Made by a program: the position numbers and the translations under genes
Shown: positions 19,758-29,982 of the stretch, piece after piece
How the letters are laid out: the number at the start of each line of letters is the position of its first letter
Numbering within the stretch: the stretch's first letter is position 1
The notes under the pieces: generated by a model
Databases searched by the model: none
Told to the model about the DNA's origin: nothing
What the model saw: only the letters and a program-made list of their open reading frames with translations
From: a virus
Taxonomy: Duplodnaviria > Caudoviricetes
DNA: 64,000 nucleotides
Virus record (IMG/VR): IMGVR_UViG_3300037466_002533
Location: 1-64,000 of that record
Direction: 5' to 3' (one strand)

Positions 19758-22700
19758 CTATACCGTGGCTTCCATTCTATCCAACCTCAAAAGATTCTTC
19801 AAGTGTACGCCCTTTTTCAGCCTTTCAACCTGGCATACGACAGGGGCGTCCTCATCCAGGAAGTGCTTGACACCGGAGTACTTGTCGGAGAACACGGTGA
19901 TCTCGAACATCTCCCCGCGCCAGTCGATGGTGATCCAGCCCATCTGGCCACCCTTCTTGTCGCGGTAGGGCCGGACCTTGCTGATCAGGCCACCGATATT
20001 GACGATCTCGTTTGGCAACAGATCATCCATCTCCGCCACGGTTTGGATGCATTCCTGCTCGATGATGTCGGCGAAGGCCCGGATCGGGTCCCTAGTGATA
20101 TAGGAGCCCACCAGGCTCTTCTCTATCTGTCCCACCACGGCATCGTCATAGAAGTCCGGGATCTCCTTGTTCTTGATCTTCCGCTGGGTGTAGAACTCCT
20201 CCAGGAGCTTCGCCCGGGGACCGAACCGGTCCAGGGCGCCGATGGAGATCAGGTTGGTGCCGACGGCGGAGTTGAAGGAACTCTTGGGCACCCGGTCCAG
20301 GATGTCGTCCAGGCCACTGAAGGGGGCGGCGAACTTGATTGCCTCGTAGGCGCTCTGGCCGAGCCCCTTGATGGCGGTCAGGCCGTAGCGGATGCCCTCG
20401 TCGGTGGCCGTGAAGTGCTCGCCAGACTCGTTGATGTCCGGCGGCAGGATCTGGACGCCCTTGCGCTGGGCCTCAGCGACATACTGGGGGATCTTCTCCG
20501 GGTCGGTGGACATGAGGGCGGTGTAGAACTCCAGCGGGTAGTAGTGCTTCATCCAGGCCTCCCAGCAGGTCAGGAGCGCATAGCCCTGGGAGTGGGACTT
20601 GTTGAAGGAGTACCCGGCGGACGGCTCGATCAGATCCCAGATCTGCCGGGCCACCGTCTCGGGCCTCTTGCCTACCGGGGTGCGACGGGCGAATTCCTCG
20701 TTCTCCAGGCAGCGCTTGATGAAGTCCTCCTTGTAGGACTTCATCTTGTCGGCCAGCTTCTTGCCCATGGCCTTTCGGAAGCTGTCGGCCTCCTCCAGGC
20801 TGTACCCGGCGAGCTGCTGCACGATGGCCATGATCTGCTCCTGGTACAGGATGACCAGCTCGGTCTCCGCCAGGATGCCCTCCATCATGGGGTGCGGCGT
20901 ACGGGCTATCTTGAGCCCGTGCCTGCGGTCGATCAGCTCATCGAGCATGCCCGCGTCGATGACGCCAGGTCGGTTGGCGGCGATCAGGGCTGCCACGTCC
21001 CGCTCGTTCTGGGGCTTCCAGCGGGCACAGACCGGTGCGGCGGAAGGAGTCTCAATCTGGAACAGGCCGAGGGTGCGACCCAGGGCCATCTCTTCGTAGA
21101 TCGCCGGGTCCTCGTACTCATCCGGCCCGAACTTGTAGTAGTCGATCCACTTGCCGTGCCGCTCGTACACCAGGTCCCGGGCCACCTGCAAGGTATCGAG
21201 GTGACGCAAGCCCAGAACGTCCAGCTTCACGAAACCGAGCCAGGCGACGTCTTCACCGAACTTGACCGAGTTCTCGAACTGGGACACCAGCCGATTGTCG
21301 CTCTTCTTGACCCGCAGCGGCAGGATGCCCAGGAAGCTGTCGTTGGACACCAGGACACCGGAGGCGTGCGAACCGGACTGGCGCACCATGCCTTCCATCT
21401 CTCCCAGCTTCTCGAACAGCTTGGGGTACTTGCGAAGCCACGGCAGCAGGTCCTTGCTCTTCTCTTCTATGAGCTGGGCCAGGCTGGGGCTCTCGGGGTC
21501 CTCATCGTCCGGATCGTATTTCCCGACCTGGTCGATGATCTTGCTCATGGCATTGGCGTCTTCGAACGGCACCTTCAGCACGCGGCACAGGTCCTTGAGG
21601 GTGCCCTTGAGCTGGGACCGGCTGATAGTGCCCACGGCACAGACGTTCATGGCGCCGTACTTGTCCACCAGGTACTGCAGCACCTCCCCACGCCGGGACT
21701 GCGGGAAGTCCAGATCGATGTCCGGCAGGGAGTCGGCGGTACCGCCGCCACGGCCACGGTTGATAAACCGCTCGAAGATCAGGCCGTAGTGGATGGGGTC
21801 GATCTCGTTGATGTCCAACAGGTATGCCACCAGGCTACCGCCGGAGGATCCACGGGAGGCGCCCACCAGCATCTTCAGTCGCTTCTTGGCGAACTTGGTG
21901 TAGTCGGCCACCACGTTGAAGTACCCGTCGAAGTCCAGACCCAGGATCAGCTCCAGCTCGTTCTCCAGGCGCTCCATGTACACGGCCTCGTCCAGGCCCT
22001 TGAGGGTGACCTTCTCGTGAAAGCCTTCCTCGATGTGGTCCAGGAATAGGGATCGGTCGGTGTCCGGGGCGCCGGTGACCGAGGGGACGCGGAGCTTGGG
22101 CTCGATGGTGACGTTGCAGCGCTCGGCTATGGCTGCCGTGTTATCGATGGCCTGCTCGATCACCGACCTCTGGATGCCGAAGCGGGACATCCACTGATAG
22201 ATCTCTTCATCGGTCATACTCCAGGCGGCAGTCTGCCCGGAATCGGTCTTGTCACCGTCGTTGTGGGTGGAGATCTCCCATACCAGGGCGTGATTCTCCC
22301 AGTCGTCCGGATGGGCGTAGTGGGAATCGTTGACCACGATCAGCGGGATGTTGTACTTGGTGGCCAGCGCCACCTTCCCCTGGTTGACCTTGGCCATGTC
22401 GTCGTTGAGCTTCTGCTCCCGTTCGGTGCGGGGATCGATGAACTGCCAGGTGTGCAGCTCCATGAAGAAGTTGTCCCGACCGAAGGTGTCGATGTACTTG
22501 CCGATCAGGTCCAGGCACTTCTCGGTGTCGTCGGCGATGATGGCCTTGGCCATGTATGACAGTAGGCAACCGTCGGTGGCGATGAGTCCGGATGCGTGCT
22601 CCGCCAACATATCCCAGTGGGCGAGCGGATTGTAGTAGAAGCTGTCCTTGTAGGCCTTGGTCGACAGGGACCACAGGTTGGACAGGCCGATGTTGTTCTC

Positions 22701-22985
22701 CGCCAGGAGAATGATGTGGGAGTAGAAGTTTCGTAGCTTCTGCTCGCGGTAGAACCCCACCGGCTGGTCGATCAGATATCCCTCCATGCCGAGGATTGGT
22801 TTGATGTCGGCGGCCAGGGCCTTCTTGTACATGGAGATATGGCCAGCCACGTCACCGTGGTCAGTGATCGCTACCGCTGGGGCGCCTATCTCTTTGGCCC
22901 GAGAGATCATCGAGTCGATGGATGCATATCCATCCAGGAAGCTGTACTCGGAATGCGAGTGCAGGTTCACGTATCGTTGTGTCAT
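19758..22985 (-). CDS. dnaE: DNA polymerase III alpha subunit
   Basis: LHSHSEYS PHP, ITDHG, SLPDIDLDF, HASG, KLDVLGL, YSFNKSHS. Confidence 0.95.
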   Translation of the reverse strand: MTQRYVNLHSHSEYSFLDGYASIDSMISRAKEIGAPAVAITDHGDVAGHISMYKKALAADIKPILGMEGYLIDQPVGFYREQKLRNFYSHIILLAENNIGLSNLWSLSTKAYKDSFYYNPLAHWDMLAEHASGLIATDGCLLSYMAKAIIADDTEKCLDLIGKYIDTFGRDNFFMELHTWQFIDPRTEREQKLNDDMAKVNQGKVALATKYNIPLIVVNDSHYAHPDDWENHALVWEISTHNDGDKTDSGQTAAWSMTDEEIYQWMSRFGIQRSVIEQAIDNTAAIAERCNVTIEPKLRVPSVTGAPDTDRSLFLDHIEEGFHEKVTLKGLDEAVYMERLENELELILGLDFDGYFNVVADYTKFAKKRLKMLVGASRGSSGGSLVAYLLDINEIDPIHYGLIFERFINRGRGGGTADSLPDIDLDFPQSRRGEVLQYLVDKYGAMNVCAVGTISRSQLKGTLKDLCRVLKVPFEDANAMSKIIDQVGKYDPDDEDPESPSLAQLIEEKSKDLLPWLRKYPKLFEKLGEMEGMVRQSGSHASGVLVSNDSFLGILPLRVKKSDNRLVSQFENSVKFGEDVAWLGFVKLDVLGLRHLDTLQVARDLVYERHGKWIDYYKFGPDEYEDPAIYEEMALGRTLGLFQIETPSAAPVCARWKPQNERDVAALIAANRPGVIDAGMLDELIDRRHGLKIARTPHPMMEGILAETELVILYQEQIMAIVQQLAGYSLEEADSFRKAMGKKLADKMKSYKEDFIKRCLENEEFARRTPVGKRPETVARQIWDLIEPSAGYSFNKSHSQGYALLTCWEAWMKHYYPLEFYTALMSTDPEKIPQYVAEAQRKGVQILPPDINESGEHFTATDEGIRYGLTAIKGLGQSAYEAIKFAAPFSGLDDILDRVPKSSFNSAVGTNLISIGALDRFGPRAKLLEEFYTQRKIKNKEIPDFYDDAVVGQIEKSLVGSYITRDPIRAFADIIEQECIQTVAEMDDLLPNEIVNIGGLISKVRPYRDKKGGQMGWITIDWRGEMFEITVFSDKYSGVKHFLDEDAPVVCQVERLKKGVHLKNLLRLDRMEATV

Positions 22986-23055
22986 GTCTGACCTGCTCCT
23001 TTAGCCCTTCCGGTCGTCAGACCTGGGCTAGATGAAAGGATCTGGTTTTGCTGCG

Positions 23056-23127
23056 TGCCATGGCGAGGGCTCGAACCTCGCTTGCCCGGTCTACCCAGGC
23101 TTTCCCGATGAGTCGTCACTCCATGGC
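23056..23127 (-). ncRNA. cryptic tRNA-like element between ssb and dnaE
   Basis: GCCATGG/CCATGGC acceptor, CGAGG-TTCGAGC-CCTCG T arm, GCCTG/CGGGC stem with loop GGTAGAC, no canonical D arm, 72 nt. Confidence 0.5.
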
Positions 23128-23200
23128 ATGACTGATGCTGGCGCTTCTGTCTTTTATACCCGAGCAGCGCTGGGGCCAGATCAGCCTCATACCAGCAGCC

Positions 23201-24136
23201 TTACTTGCTGCTGGGGTACCTCTTTGTCACCTGGGCGCGAAGCTCGGCGAAAGAGGTGGTCGCCCGGCCACCCACGGAGGCCTTGGGCTTCTCTTCCTCG
23301 GACCCCTCGTTCTCGTCGTCCTCGGACTCGTCGTCGGAATTGGAGGGGCTGGATTCGGTGCTGCCGCCGATCAGGTGGCGGTTATAGTACTCCTCGGTTC
23401 CACGCCGCTCCATCCATTGCACCAGGCGTGCGAATACCGGGTCATCCTCACCCTCGACCGGCGGGATACCGTAGTAATCCCACAGCTTCTCGGGGGTATC
23501 CAGCTCGTCATCCCTGGAGTCGGCGATGATGGTGTACTTGGTGTCCAGACCATCGCCATCACGAGTGATATCGTAGTCGCGATCGACGTAGGTTTCGAAC
23601 TTGGCGTAGTACCCGTTGACCGCAGCCCAGAAGCCCTTGACGCCCTGCTTGACGACGCCGAACGTCGGGCACTCCACCTTCTGCGTGGGTCCGTCGGGGT
23701 CGTTTGGGTCTACCAGGATCTCCAGCTCCTGAGGGCGCTCCACGTTGGTCTTGCTGGGGCGATCGTAGTCCTTCACCGCGACGATGGCGATGACGACCGT
23801 GCGTGGCTTGACCGGAACGATCTTCTCGTTGCCGGACTTGTCGGTCACCTTTCTGGTGATGTTCTTGCAGATCCAGCATGGCCGCTGAAGGGGGCCGTCC
23901 AACTGGTCGGTGCAGACGAAGTCGCGAGACTTGTTGTCACGGCACTTGACGAACTCGTGGAAGCCGATCTTCAACACGTTCTCGGTGAGGATGCGGACCG
24001 CGAAATTCTCCTTGTCCTTCCAGCTCACCGGACGCAGGACGTCGATCGGATGAGCTGCCTTGCCGAAGTCGCCACCGCTGCTGGCGGCGGCCTCGATTGC
24101 CTCCTTGACGGCGGAGAAGCCGGTCTGGTAACCCAT
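23201..24136 (-). CDS. single-stranded DNA-binding protein (gp32-like)
   Basis: H/C...CWIC zinc site, acidic C-terminal region, replisome context. Confidence 0.65.
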   Translation of the reverse strand: MGYQTGFSAVKEAIEAAASSGGDFGKAAHPIDVLRPVSWKDKENFAVRILTENVLKIGFHEFVKCRDNKSRDFVCTDQLDGPLQRPCWICKNITRKVTDKSGNEKIVPVKPRTVVIAIVAVKDYDRPSKTNVERPQELEILVDPNDPDGPTQKVECPTFGVVKQGVKGFWAAVNGYYAKFETYVDRDYDITRDGDGLDTKYTIIADSRDDELDTPEKLWDYYGIPPVEGEDDPVFARLVQWMERRGTEEYYNRHLIGGSTESSPSNSDDESEDDENEGSEEEKPKASVGGRATTSFAELRAQVTKRYPSSK

Positions 24137-24168
24137 GTCGTGCCTTTCTTGAATGTTGGCCCGTGGCC

Positions 24169-24855
24169 TTAGTCCGTGTGTTTCTTGAATAGGTTCGTCA
24201 GGACGTGGAATGCGATGAAGAAGTTGGGTTCGATGTGTTCGGGGATGACCAGGTACTCTCTTGCTCCTATGCGCCGGACGTTGAATCCCTGCACCTTTTC
24301 AAGCGATATACGCACCCTACCATATGCCCCGTATAAGCGATAAACCGCTCCTACGACCTCATACCATCTATCGACCTTGTCGCGATCCTCGCTCAGGGCC
24401 AGGTAGCTGTATCCCTTGTCCCGCTCTGAATCTTCCTCTTTCCGGGGTGGGACCCAGGTCGGATCGGCCCATCTCAGGGCCTCCACCTCGACCTCTCCCA
24501 GAAAGACGTGCCCGGGCGGTGTTCTGTTGTACTCCTGCCGGGTGGTCGGGTCGGATAGCGTTTCATAGGCCTGCAACAGGAGCCTGAACTCCTCCGGGTC
24601 TCCCCCGGCATCTGGGTGCGCCAGCTTGGCCTTCTGTTTGAAAGACCTGCGAATCTTGCCGATGTCGGCCCACGGGGTAACACCCAACATCCGGTAGTAC
24701 CCGTTGGGGTCATTGAAGTTCAGCGGCATCCTCTGGAGTACTGCCGAGGTGATGGGAAACCCCCCGCTGCCGAACATCCGGAGCTGCTCAGATGGGGGAC
24801 TTGTCCGGAGGGGTTGGCCGAAGAGGAGTGGGTCCTTCCACCAGGGTTCGCTCAT
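24169..24855 (-). CDS. J-domain (DnaJ N-terminal) protein
   Basis: YYRMLGV...AKLAHPDAGG...AYETLSD with intact HPD. Confidence 0.85.
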   Translation of the reverse strand: MSEPWWKDPLLFGQPLRTSPPSEQLRMFGSGGFPITSAVLQRMPLNFNDPNGYYRMLGVTPWADIGKIRRSFKQKAKLAHPDAGGDPEEFRLLLQAYETLSDPTTRQEYNRTPPGHVFLGEVEVEALRWADPTWVPPRKEEDSERDKGYSYLALSEDRDKVDRWYEVVGAVYRLYGAYGRVRISLEKVQGFNVRRIGAREYLVIPEHIEPNFFIAFHVLTNLFKKHTD

Positions 24856-24894
24856 CCGCCGGTTCCTTCGCCTTCTTGGTCCTGCGTGGCTGCC

Positions 24895-26055
24895 TTACCA
24901 CCTTCGAATCTTCGACCTTGTTGAACTTTTTGAATCCCATTTCCGTTTCACCTCCTCGATCCTGTCCTTGAAGGTGCCGATGACCAGCGCCCCCAGTCTC
25001 TTTCCGTCTAACCAGGCGTCCAGATGGGCAGGCTTCGTGAGATCGCCGATGTCCATTCCCTCTGGAGCGTCAACGATGTAGACCTTGCAGAAGTTCTTCA
25101 GCCCGTTGTACAGCTTGACGGTCCCGGACCAACCGCTGATGTCGTTGTCCATGACCAATATCACGGTACCAAATCTTTTAAGCAATTCAACCTGGGTCGG
25201 GTTGACCTTTCCAGAGAACGTCCCGACCAGGTTTCCGTATTCCTCGAAACCCTCGTCCACCCAGGTCTCAGCCTTCAATATGGACATCACCGATTCCACC
25301 ACAACTACCGTATCGAATCCCCGATCGACCACATTGTCGTAATTAAAGAGGGTGGACTCCTTGGGAAACCCCGGCGAGTTGTGATACTTGGGCGGAGGCT
25401 CCACGCCTTCGCTGGTGATGAGCATCGGGGTCTGCGGCCAGCGGGGGTCGCTCAGGGCGCGCTTCTGGTACCCGACCAGCTTGCCGCCCCAGAAGTGCGG
25501 AATGACGATCTTAACGTCTTCCTGGTCGTACCCCACCTTGTACCGCACGATGGTGTTCTCGGAGATGCCCCGCTCCTCAGTCATGTACGGGTGGATGGCC
25601 AGCCACGGCTCCAGGATGAACGTGGAGTAGGTCGGCATGGGGGTCTCGAAGTCGTTGTTGGCCAGGAGCTTACGGACGGTCTCCAGGACGTTCTGGGCGC
25701 CGCTGTCCTGCCAGTCCACCGCACCGATGCGGGCCAGCTTGTCCAGGGCCTGGACGCGGTCGCACCGCTCCATCTCCTGGATGAACCACAGCAGGTCCCC
25801 ACCACCGCCGGTGAAGCAGTTGTACACCAGCTTCTCGGTGTTGAGGGCCGCCGACGGGGAGCGGTCGCCGTTGGTGTGGTGCGGATAGACCCTGTCCAGT
25901 AGGCACGAGTGGATGATCTCGTCGCCCTTGCGGTAGATGTTCTGTGCACCATAGTGATCCAGGACCGCATCCGGGTTGACGCGCCGCAGGATAGAGCGGT
26001 ACATGTCCCTGTTGGTATGTTCCTGTACGGCGCCATACCCGGTCTTGTAGCTCAT
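24895..26055 (-). CDS. DNA primase (zinc-binding domain plus TOPRIM)
   Basis: HSC...YNCF zinc domain, VVVVES and MDNDISG TOPRIM. Confidence 0.85.
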   Translation of the reverse strand: MSYKTGYGAVQEHTNRDMYRSILRRVNPDAVLDHYGAQNIYRKGDEIIHSCLLDRVYPHHTNGDRSPSAALNTEKLVYNCFTGGGGDLLWFIQEMERCDRVQALDKLARIGAVDWQDSGAQNVLETVRKLLANNDFETPMPTYSTFILEPWLAIHPYMTEERGISENTIVRYKVGYDQEDVKIVIPHFWGGKLVGYQKRALSDPRWPQTPMLITSEGVEPPPKYHNSPGFPKESTLFNYDNVVDRGFDTVVVVESVMSILKAETWVDEGFEEYGNLVGTFSGKVNPTQVELLKRFGTVILVMDNDISGWSGTVKLYNGLKNFCKVYIVDAPEGMDIGDLTKPAHLDAWLDGKRLGALVIGTFKDRIEEVKRKWDSKSSTRSKIRRW

Positions 26056-27308
26056 AAGTCGGACTCGGATAGCTCGCGGTCGACACTGATCTCGGTGTAG
26101 TTCTTCAGGTGCCAGTTTAGGAGCCAGTGCTTGGGGGCGCCACGGCGATGCTTCATGGTCTGGAACAGCATGGCATTGTTCACGGCCATCTCTTCGGTCC
26201 GGACGATGGCGAAGGCATGGTCGGCCACCTGCTCGATGTTGGACGACAGGCCAATCTTCTCCAGGGATGCCTTGCCGGACTTGGCCATCTCCCGGTTGAA
26301 CTGGGCGGCCACGACCACTGACAGGAACTTGGACTCCTCTTCGGACACCTCGGTCTTGATGTCGTTGGTTATCTCGGCGATGACCTGGTCCCGGCGCTCA
26401 TGCCGGTTCGTTCTCGGCTGGATGAAGCTGAGCTGGTCCAGCAGCAGATAGTTGGCGCCCCTCTGGCGGGCCCTGTTGATGATGCTCTGGACCGTGCGCT
26501 CCTCCATGGGCGGATGGTCCACGAACAGCGATCCGGTGTCTCCAAGCCACTCCTGGGCCCGTTTGAGGGCATCCACCTGTTCCTTGTCCAGCTCGCCCCG
26601 GGTCAGGGCCGTGTAGGGCACGCCGGATGCCAGGCAGTCGATCCTGTCTTCGATGTCCTTGCGGGACAGCTCCAGGGTCACCAGATACGGAGTCCATCCG
26701 GCCTTCAGTGCGGAGATGGCGGCGTTGGCCAGGAACCAGCTCTTGCCGGTGCCGGTCCATCCGACGAGGTAGGCCACCTCGGAGGGCAGGATGCCGTAGA
26801 TGTGGTTGTCGATCTCCGGCAGCCCCAGTGGGGCACCCCGGACGCTGCCGTCGAAGGTGGCCCGCTCGATGTATCGGTTCAGCCGATCGTCGGCGTTCTC
26901 GGACATGTCGGACAGAGAGCGCCGGTTGGTGATGGCCTGGGTGATCTCCCAGGACATCTTGGACATCTTCTCCAGGGCCAGCTCTCCCTGGTCCTTGCTC
27001 AAGTGGTCGGCCACCGTCTCGATGGCCTCGACCAGGTTGGCATCCCGCCATTGCCTTTTTATCGCATCCACCAGCCACGACAGGGTCTCTTTGGGCTTGG
27101 TGAACTTGAAGCTGGGGAACTCGTGGTGAATGACGTCGTCGGTCGGCGCAGACTGTCGGTCGCTATCAAACCAATACTGCAGGGTGAACTCGAATATCGC
27201 CCTGTTGATCGGAGACTGGAAGTGCTTAGCCTGCAGGCCTAGATCCCAGGCCTTTTCGATATCTTCACTGGTGCCGAGCGACGAGAGGATGTTGTCCTCA
27301 AGATTCAA
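26052..27308 (-). CDS. dnaB: DnaB-like replicative helicase
   Basis: GWTGTGKS Walker A, LLLDQL, AAQFNR, EQVAD, KHRRG. Confidence 0.88.
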   Translation of the reverse strand: MNLEDNILSSLGTSEDIEKAWDLGLQAKHFQSPINRAIFEFTLQYWFDSDRQSAPTDDVIHHEFPSFKFTKPKETLSWLVDAIKRQWRDANLVEAIETVADHLSKDQGELALEKMSKMSWEITQAITNRRSLSDMSENADDRLNRYIERATFDGSVRGAPLGLPEIDNHIYGILPSEVAYLVGWTGTGKSWFLANAAISALKAGWTPYLVTLELSRKDIEDRIDCLASGVPYTALTRGELDKEQVDALKRAQEWLGDTGSLFVDHPPMEERTVQSIINRARQRGANYLLLDQLSFIQPRTNRHERRDQVIAEITNDIKTEVSEEESKFLSVVVAAQFNREMAKSGKASLEKIGLSSNIEQVADHAFAIVRTEEMAVNNAMLFQTMKHRRGAPKHWLLNWHLKNYTEISVDRELSESDL

Positions 27309-27323
27309 GGAGGGACACCTCTC

Positions 27324-28112
27324 TCAGACTATTGGTCGGATGTTTCCTGAGCGCACTTCATCGAAGGTCCTGGACCGTGCCTTTTGCCGGAAGTCCTTGC
27401 CCCTCACTTCTTGAAGGATAGCATTTTCGCTTAGGAGGCTGATCACTGCGGACCCGTACCCCTGCCGCAACTGATCTTCGCTCATGTTGGTGGTGATGAA
27501 GGTGGGCCTGCCGTGCTGGACGCGGGTCCGGAGCAGGAAGTCGAAGGTGGTCTCCGACAGGTTGGTCTTGGTCTTGTACTCCCGGCCGAGGTCATCCAGG
27601 AGCAGCACCTGGGACATGACGACCCGCTGCTGGAAAAGGGTCTTGTCCTCCTTGGACGCCCATCCTGCGGTGAACATCTCCATCATCCCGGCGAACGTCG
27701 TGGCGAAGCACGAGTACCCCTCGTGCAGAAGCGACTTCAGCAGCAGGTTCATGGCCAGCGTCTTACCCACGCCGTATTCGCCGGTGAGGATGATGCTGAC
27801 TCCGGAGCTGATCATGCGCTGATGGTTTTTCAGGTACGCATCGACGGTCCTGCGAAGCTCCGGATCGCCCTCGTAGTCGTCCCACGATAGGCGCTGGTAC
27901 AGAACACCTATCCCGGCGTTGAGGTAGTGCTTGTGGTACTGGAGCTGCTGTCGGCAGTCGCACTTATGCTCGACTCCCTGCCACTTGTACGTGCCCTCCT
28001 TGTTGCAGGTGGGGCAATACTCGTCAGGATCTGGCCGGAGGTCTGGATGTTGCTGGTACAGACGGTGTGCATCATCGTCCGACAGGAACCTCTTATCAAG
28101 AGGCAAAGGCAT
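27324..28112 (-). CDS. DnaC/IstB-like AAA+ helicase loader
   Basis: CPTC zinc motif, GEYGVGKT, LLLDDLG, TFITTN. Confidence 0.85.
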   Translation of the reverse strand: MPLPLDKRFLSDDDAHRLYQQHPDLRPDPDEYCPTCNKEGTYKWQGVEHKCDCRQQLQYHKHYLNAGIGVLYQRLSWDDYEGDPELRRTVDAYLKNHQRMISSGVSIILTGEYGVGKTLAMNLLLKSLLHEGYSCFATTFAGMMEMFTAGWASKEDKTLFQQRVVMSQVLLLDDLGREYKTKTNLSETTFDFLLRTRVQHGRPTFITTNMSEDQLRQGYGSAVISLLSENAILQEVRGKDFRQKARSRTFDEVRSGNIRPIV

Positions 28113-28497
28113 TGGCGAAGTCCCGGAACGATGCGAAGCTGCTGGTGGCAGACACCCTGGAGGGCTTGGAGAACGCGATCATGGCCTCGGAGTGTATCTT
28201 GTCGGTCCACCACTTGTTGGCGACGCAGAACCAGGCGGTCTGGAATCCCTCGCCGTTCTTCTGTCCACCATACTGATAGAAGATCCACTTCAGCATTAGT
28301 CCGGCGCCCTCCTTGCCGTACATGGTGACCAGACGGCGCATGATGGAGCGATCCTTGCCCTGCACGAACGCGATGCGGTACCCCAGGGTCTTCTTGGCCA
28401 TGGCCTGCAGGTAGGGGAGGTAGTCGTCCAGGGCGAACTTATGAACCGGCTTCCCCAGCAATCTCTCGCCGTGATCCAGCTCGTTAAAGTCTTCCAT
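28096..28497 (-). CDS. hypothetical protein adjacent to helicase loader
   Basis: ORF overlapping loader gene. Confidence 0.55.
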   Translation of the reverse strand: MEDFNELDHGERLLGKPVHKFALDDYLPYLQAMAKKTLGYRIAFVQGKDRSIMRRLVTMYGKEGAGLMLKWIFYQYGGQKNGEGFQTAWFCVANKWWTDKIHSEAMIAFSKPSRVSATSSFASFRDFANAFAS

Positions 28498-28897
28498 CGG
28501 ACCCTCCTCTGTCTAGTGACAAGTATTTACGTGACTTGGAGGCGAATGTGCTCTGATGGTTTCTCACAATCACCCGATTGTCTTCCAGGAGATCGGCGGT
28601 CGTGACGGGAGACTCCTTGATGAAGGAGATGCTGCTGATGGGGATCCAGCAGAACCTGGTGTCGTATTGCACCAGGCTCAGCCACTCCTCATCGATTCCC
28701 GCTGGGAATCCTTCGATCTCACCGGCCGTGGTGACCACGATGATGGCGTACCCTCGCGATGCCTTGTTCGCCAACATCTTCACGAAGATCGCATCGGCGG
28801 GCAACACCAAGGTGTCGGTCTTGGGTGGTGTCACAGTTCGTTCCTCAGTTCCATAGAGATCCCTGGTCGAGTTTGGCGACCAGGGAATCCAGCTCAT
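28484..28897 (-). CDS. hypothetical protein (start may be GTG near 28834)
   Basis: ORF in operon. Confidence 0.5.
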   Translation of the reverse strand: MSWIPWSPNSTRDLYGTEERTVTPPKTDTLVLPADAIFVKMLANKASRGYAIIVVTTAGEIEGFPAGIDEEWLSLVQYDTRFCWIPISSISFIKESPVTTADLLEDNRVIVRNHQSTFASKSRKYLSLDRGGSDGRL

Positions 28898-29732
28898 ACC
28901 TGGCCAGATACTCTCTGAGGCCGGGCTTGTGGGAGTTTGGGTCCCACACTCCGATCTCGTCGGGTATCAGATCCAGGAACCTTTCCCCGTCCAGACGGAT
29001 CATGTCGTAGTTCTGCATGACCAGCTCGGCATAGGGGGCGATCTTGGGTTCTTTCTTGATTACCTCGTAAAGGTCGCCGTGAGCCAGGATCATCTTCGTG
29101 GCGGTCTTCGGGCCGATGCCCTTGACACCGACCACTCCGTCCCCCGAATCACCCATGAGCGCCCACATCTTCGGCAATTGCTCTGGAGTGAGTCCGTACT
29201 TGTCCTGCACGACCTTCGGCGTGTAGAACACCTCTGGCGTCTTGCCGATCGACGGCCTGTACACCGTCACTGTATCAGAGGCAAGTTGTAAAAGATCGTG
29301 ATCAGCGGAGACGATGGTTGTCTCTACGCCCTGCGCCTTGTTGACGATGGCGGCAATCAGGTCGTCGGCCTCAACCCCCTGGGAGTGTATCCAGGTAATG
29401 CCGACCAGGTCCAGGAAGTCCTGGAACATGGAGAACTGGGGCTTGGGGTCGAACGGGAAGGGGCTTTCCTTGCGGTTGGACTTGTACTCGGCCCGGATAT
29501 CTTGCCGGAACTTGGATCTGCCCCAATCGAAGGTGAAAACGATGCAGCGGCAAGGTACTTCACGAAGCAGCTTGCGGAGCGAGTTGATGGAGCCCAGAAC
29601 CATACTGGTCGGCACACCGTCGGATGTCTGAAGTACCTCTCCGTCGGCCCGGAATCCCATACCACCGGCGTTGCGCAGGCAGAAGTTGTTCCCGTCGACC
29701 ACCAGGAGCGGTACCGGTCTAGCTAGCCTCAC
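28845..29732 (-). CDS. 5'-3' exonuclease (Pol I N-terminal / flap endonuclease family)
   Basis: VVDGNN, FTFD, YKSNR, EADDLI, SADHDLLQL, LMGDSGDGVVGVKGIGPKTA. Confidence 0.92.
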   Translation of the reverse strand: MRLARPVPLLVVDGNNFCLRNAGGMGFRADGEVLQTSDGVPTSMVLGSINSLRKLLREVPCRCIVFTFDWGRSKFRQDIRAEYKSNRKESPFPFDPKPQFSMFQDFLDLVGITWIHSQGVEADDLIAAIVNKAQGVETTIVSADHDLLQLASDTVTVYRPSIGKTPEVFYTPKVVQDKYGLTPEQLPKMWALMGDSGDGVVGVKGIGPKTATKMILAHGDLYEVIKKEPKIAPYAELVMQNYDMIRLDGERFLDLIPDEIGVWDPNSHKPGLREYLARYELDSLVAKLDQGSLWN

Positions 29733-29982
29733 CGGGTATGTCCCAGCCGAATTGAGCCAGGCCACTCAGGTCGTCCGGAACCTCATCCGGATAGTCGACG
29801 TAGGCGCGGATCTCGTGGATGGCCCGGTTGAACCCCTGTGCCCATGCGTACAGGTACAGTTGGTAGTCTTGCGGGGTCTGCTCCGGTGGAAGGTCCAGCC
29901 TGAACTGGGCGCTCGCCAGACTGTCAGCCAGCTTGGTGCAGAACTCTCTGGCTGTCTCGCGGTCGATCTCTTCGAGGCTCAT
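29719..29982 (-). CDS. hypothetical protein (87 aa)
   Basis: tightly packed ORF. Confidence 0.55.
   Translation of the reverse strand: MSLEEIDRETAREFCTKLADSLASAQFRLDLPPEQTPQDYQLYLYAWAQGFNRAIHEIRAYVDYPDEVPDDLSGLAQFGWDIPGEAS

Noticed and set aside
7760-22049. Long plus-strand ORFs (7760-9403, 19647-22049 and similar)
   Set aside because: Antisense shadows of terL and dnaE caused by GC-rich codon bias; no protein motifs
23056-23127. tRNA-Pyl or amber suppressor
   Set aside because: The loop reads GGTAGAC, with no CTA anticodon
7880-27308. Inteins in TerL, RecA, DnaE or DnaB
   Set aside because: Lengths are ordinary and no intein splice-junction or embedded endonuclease motifs were seen
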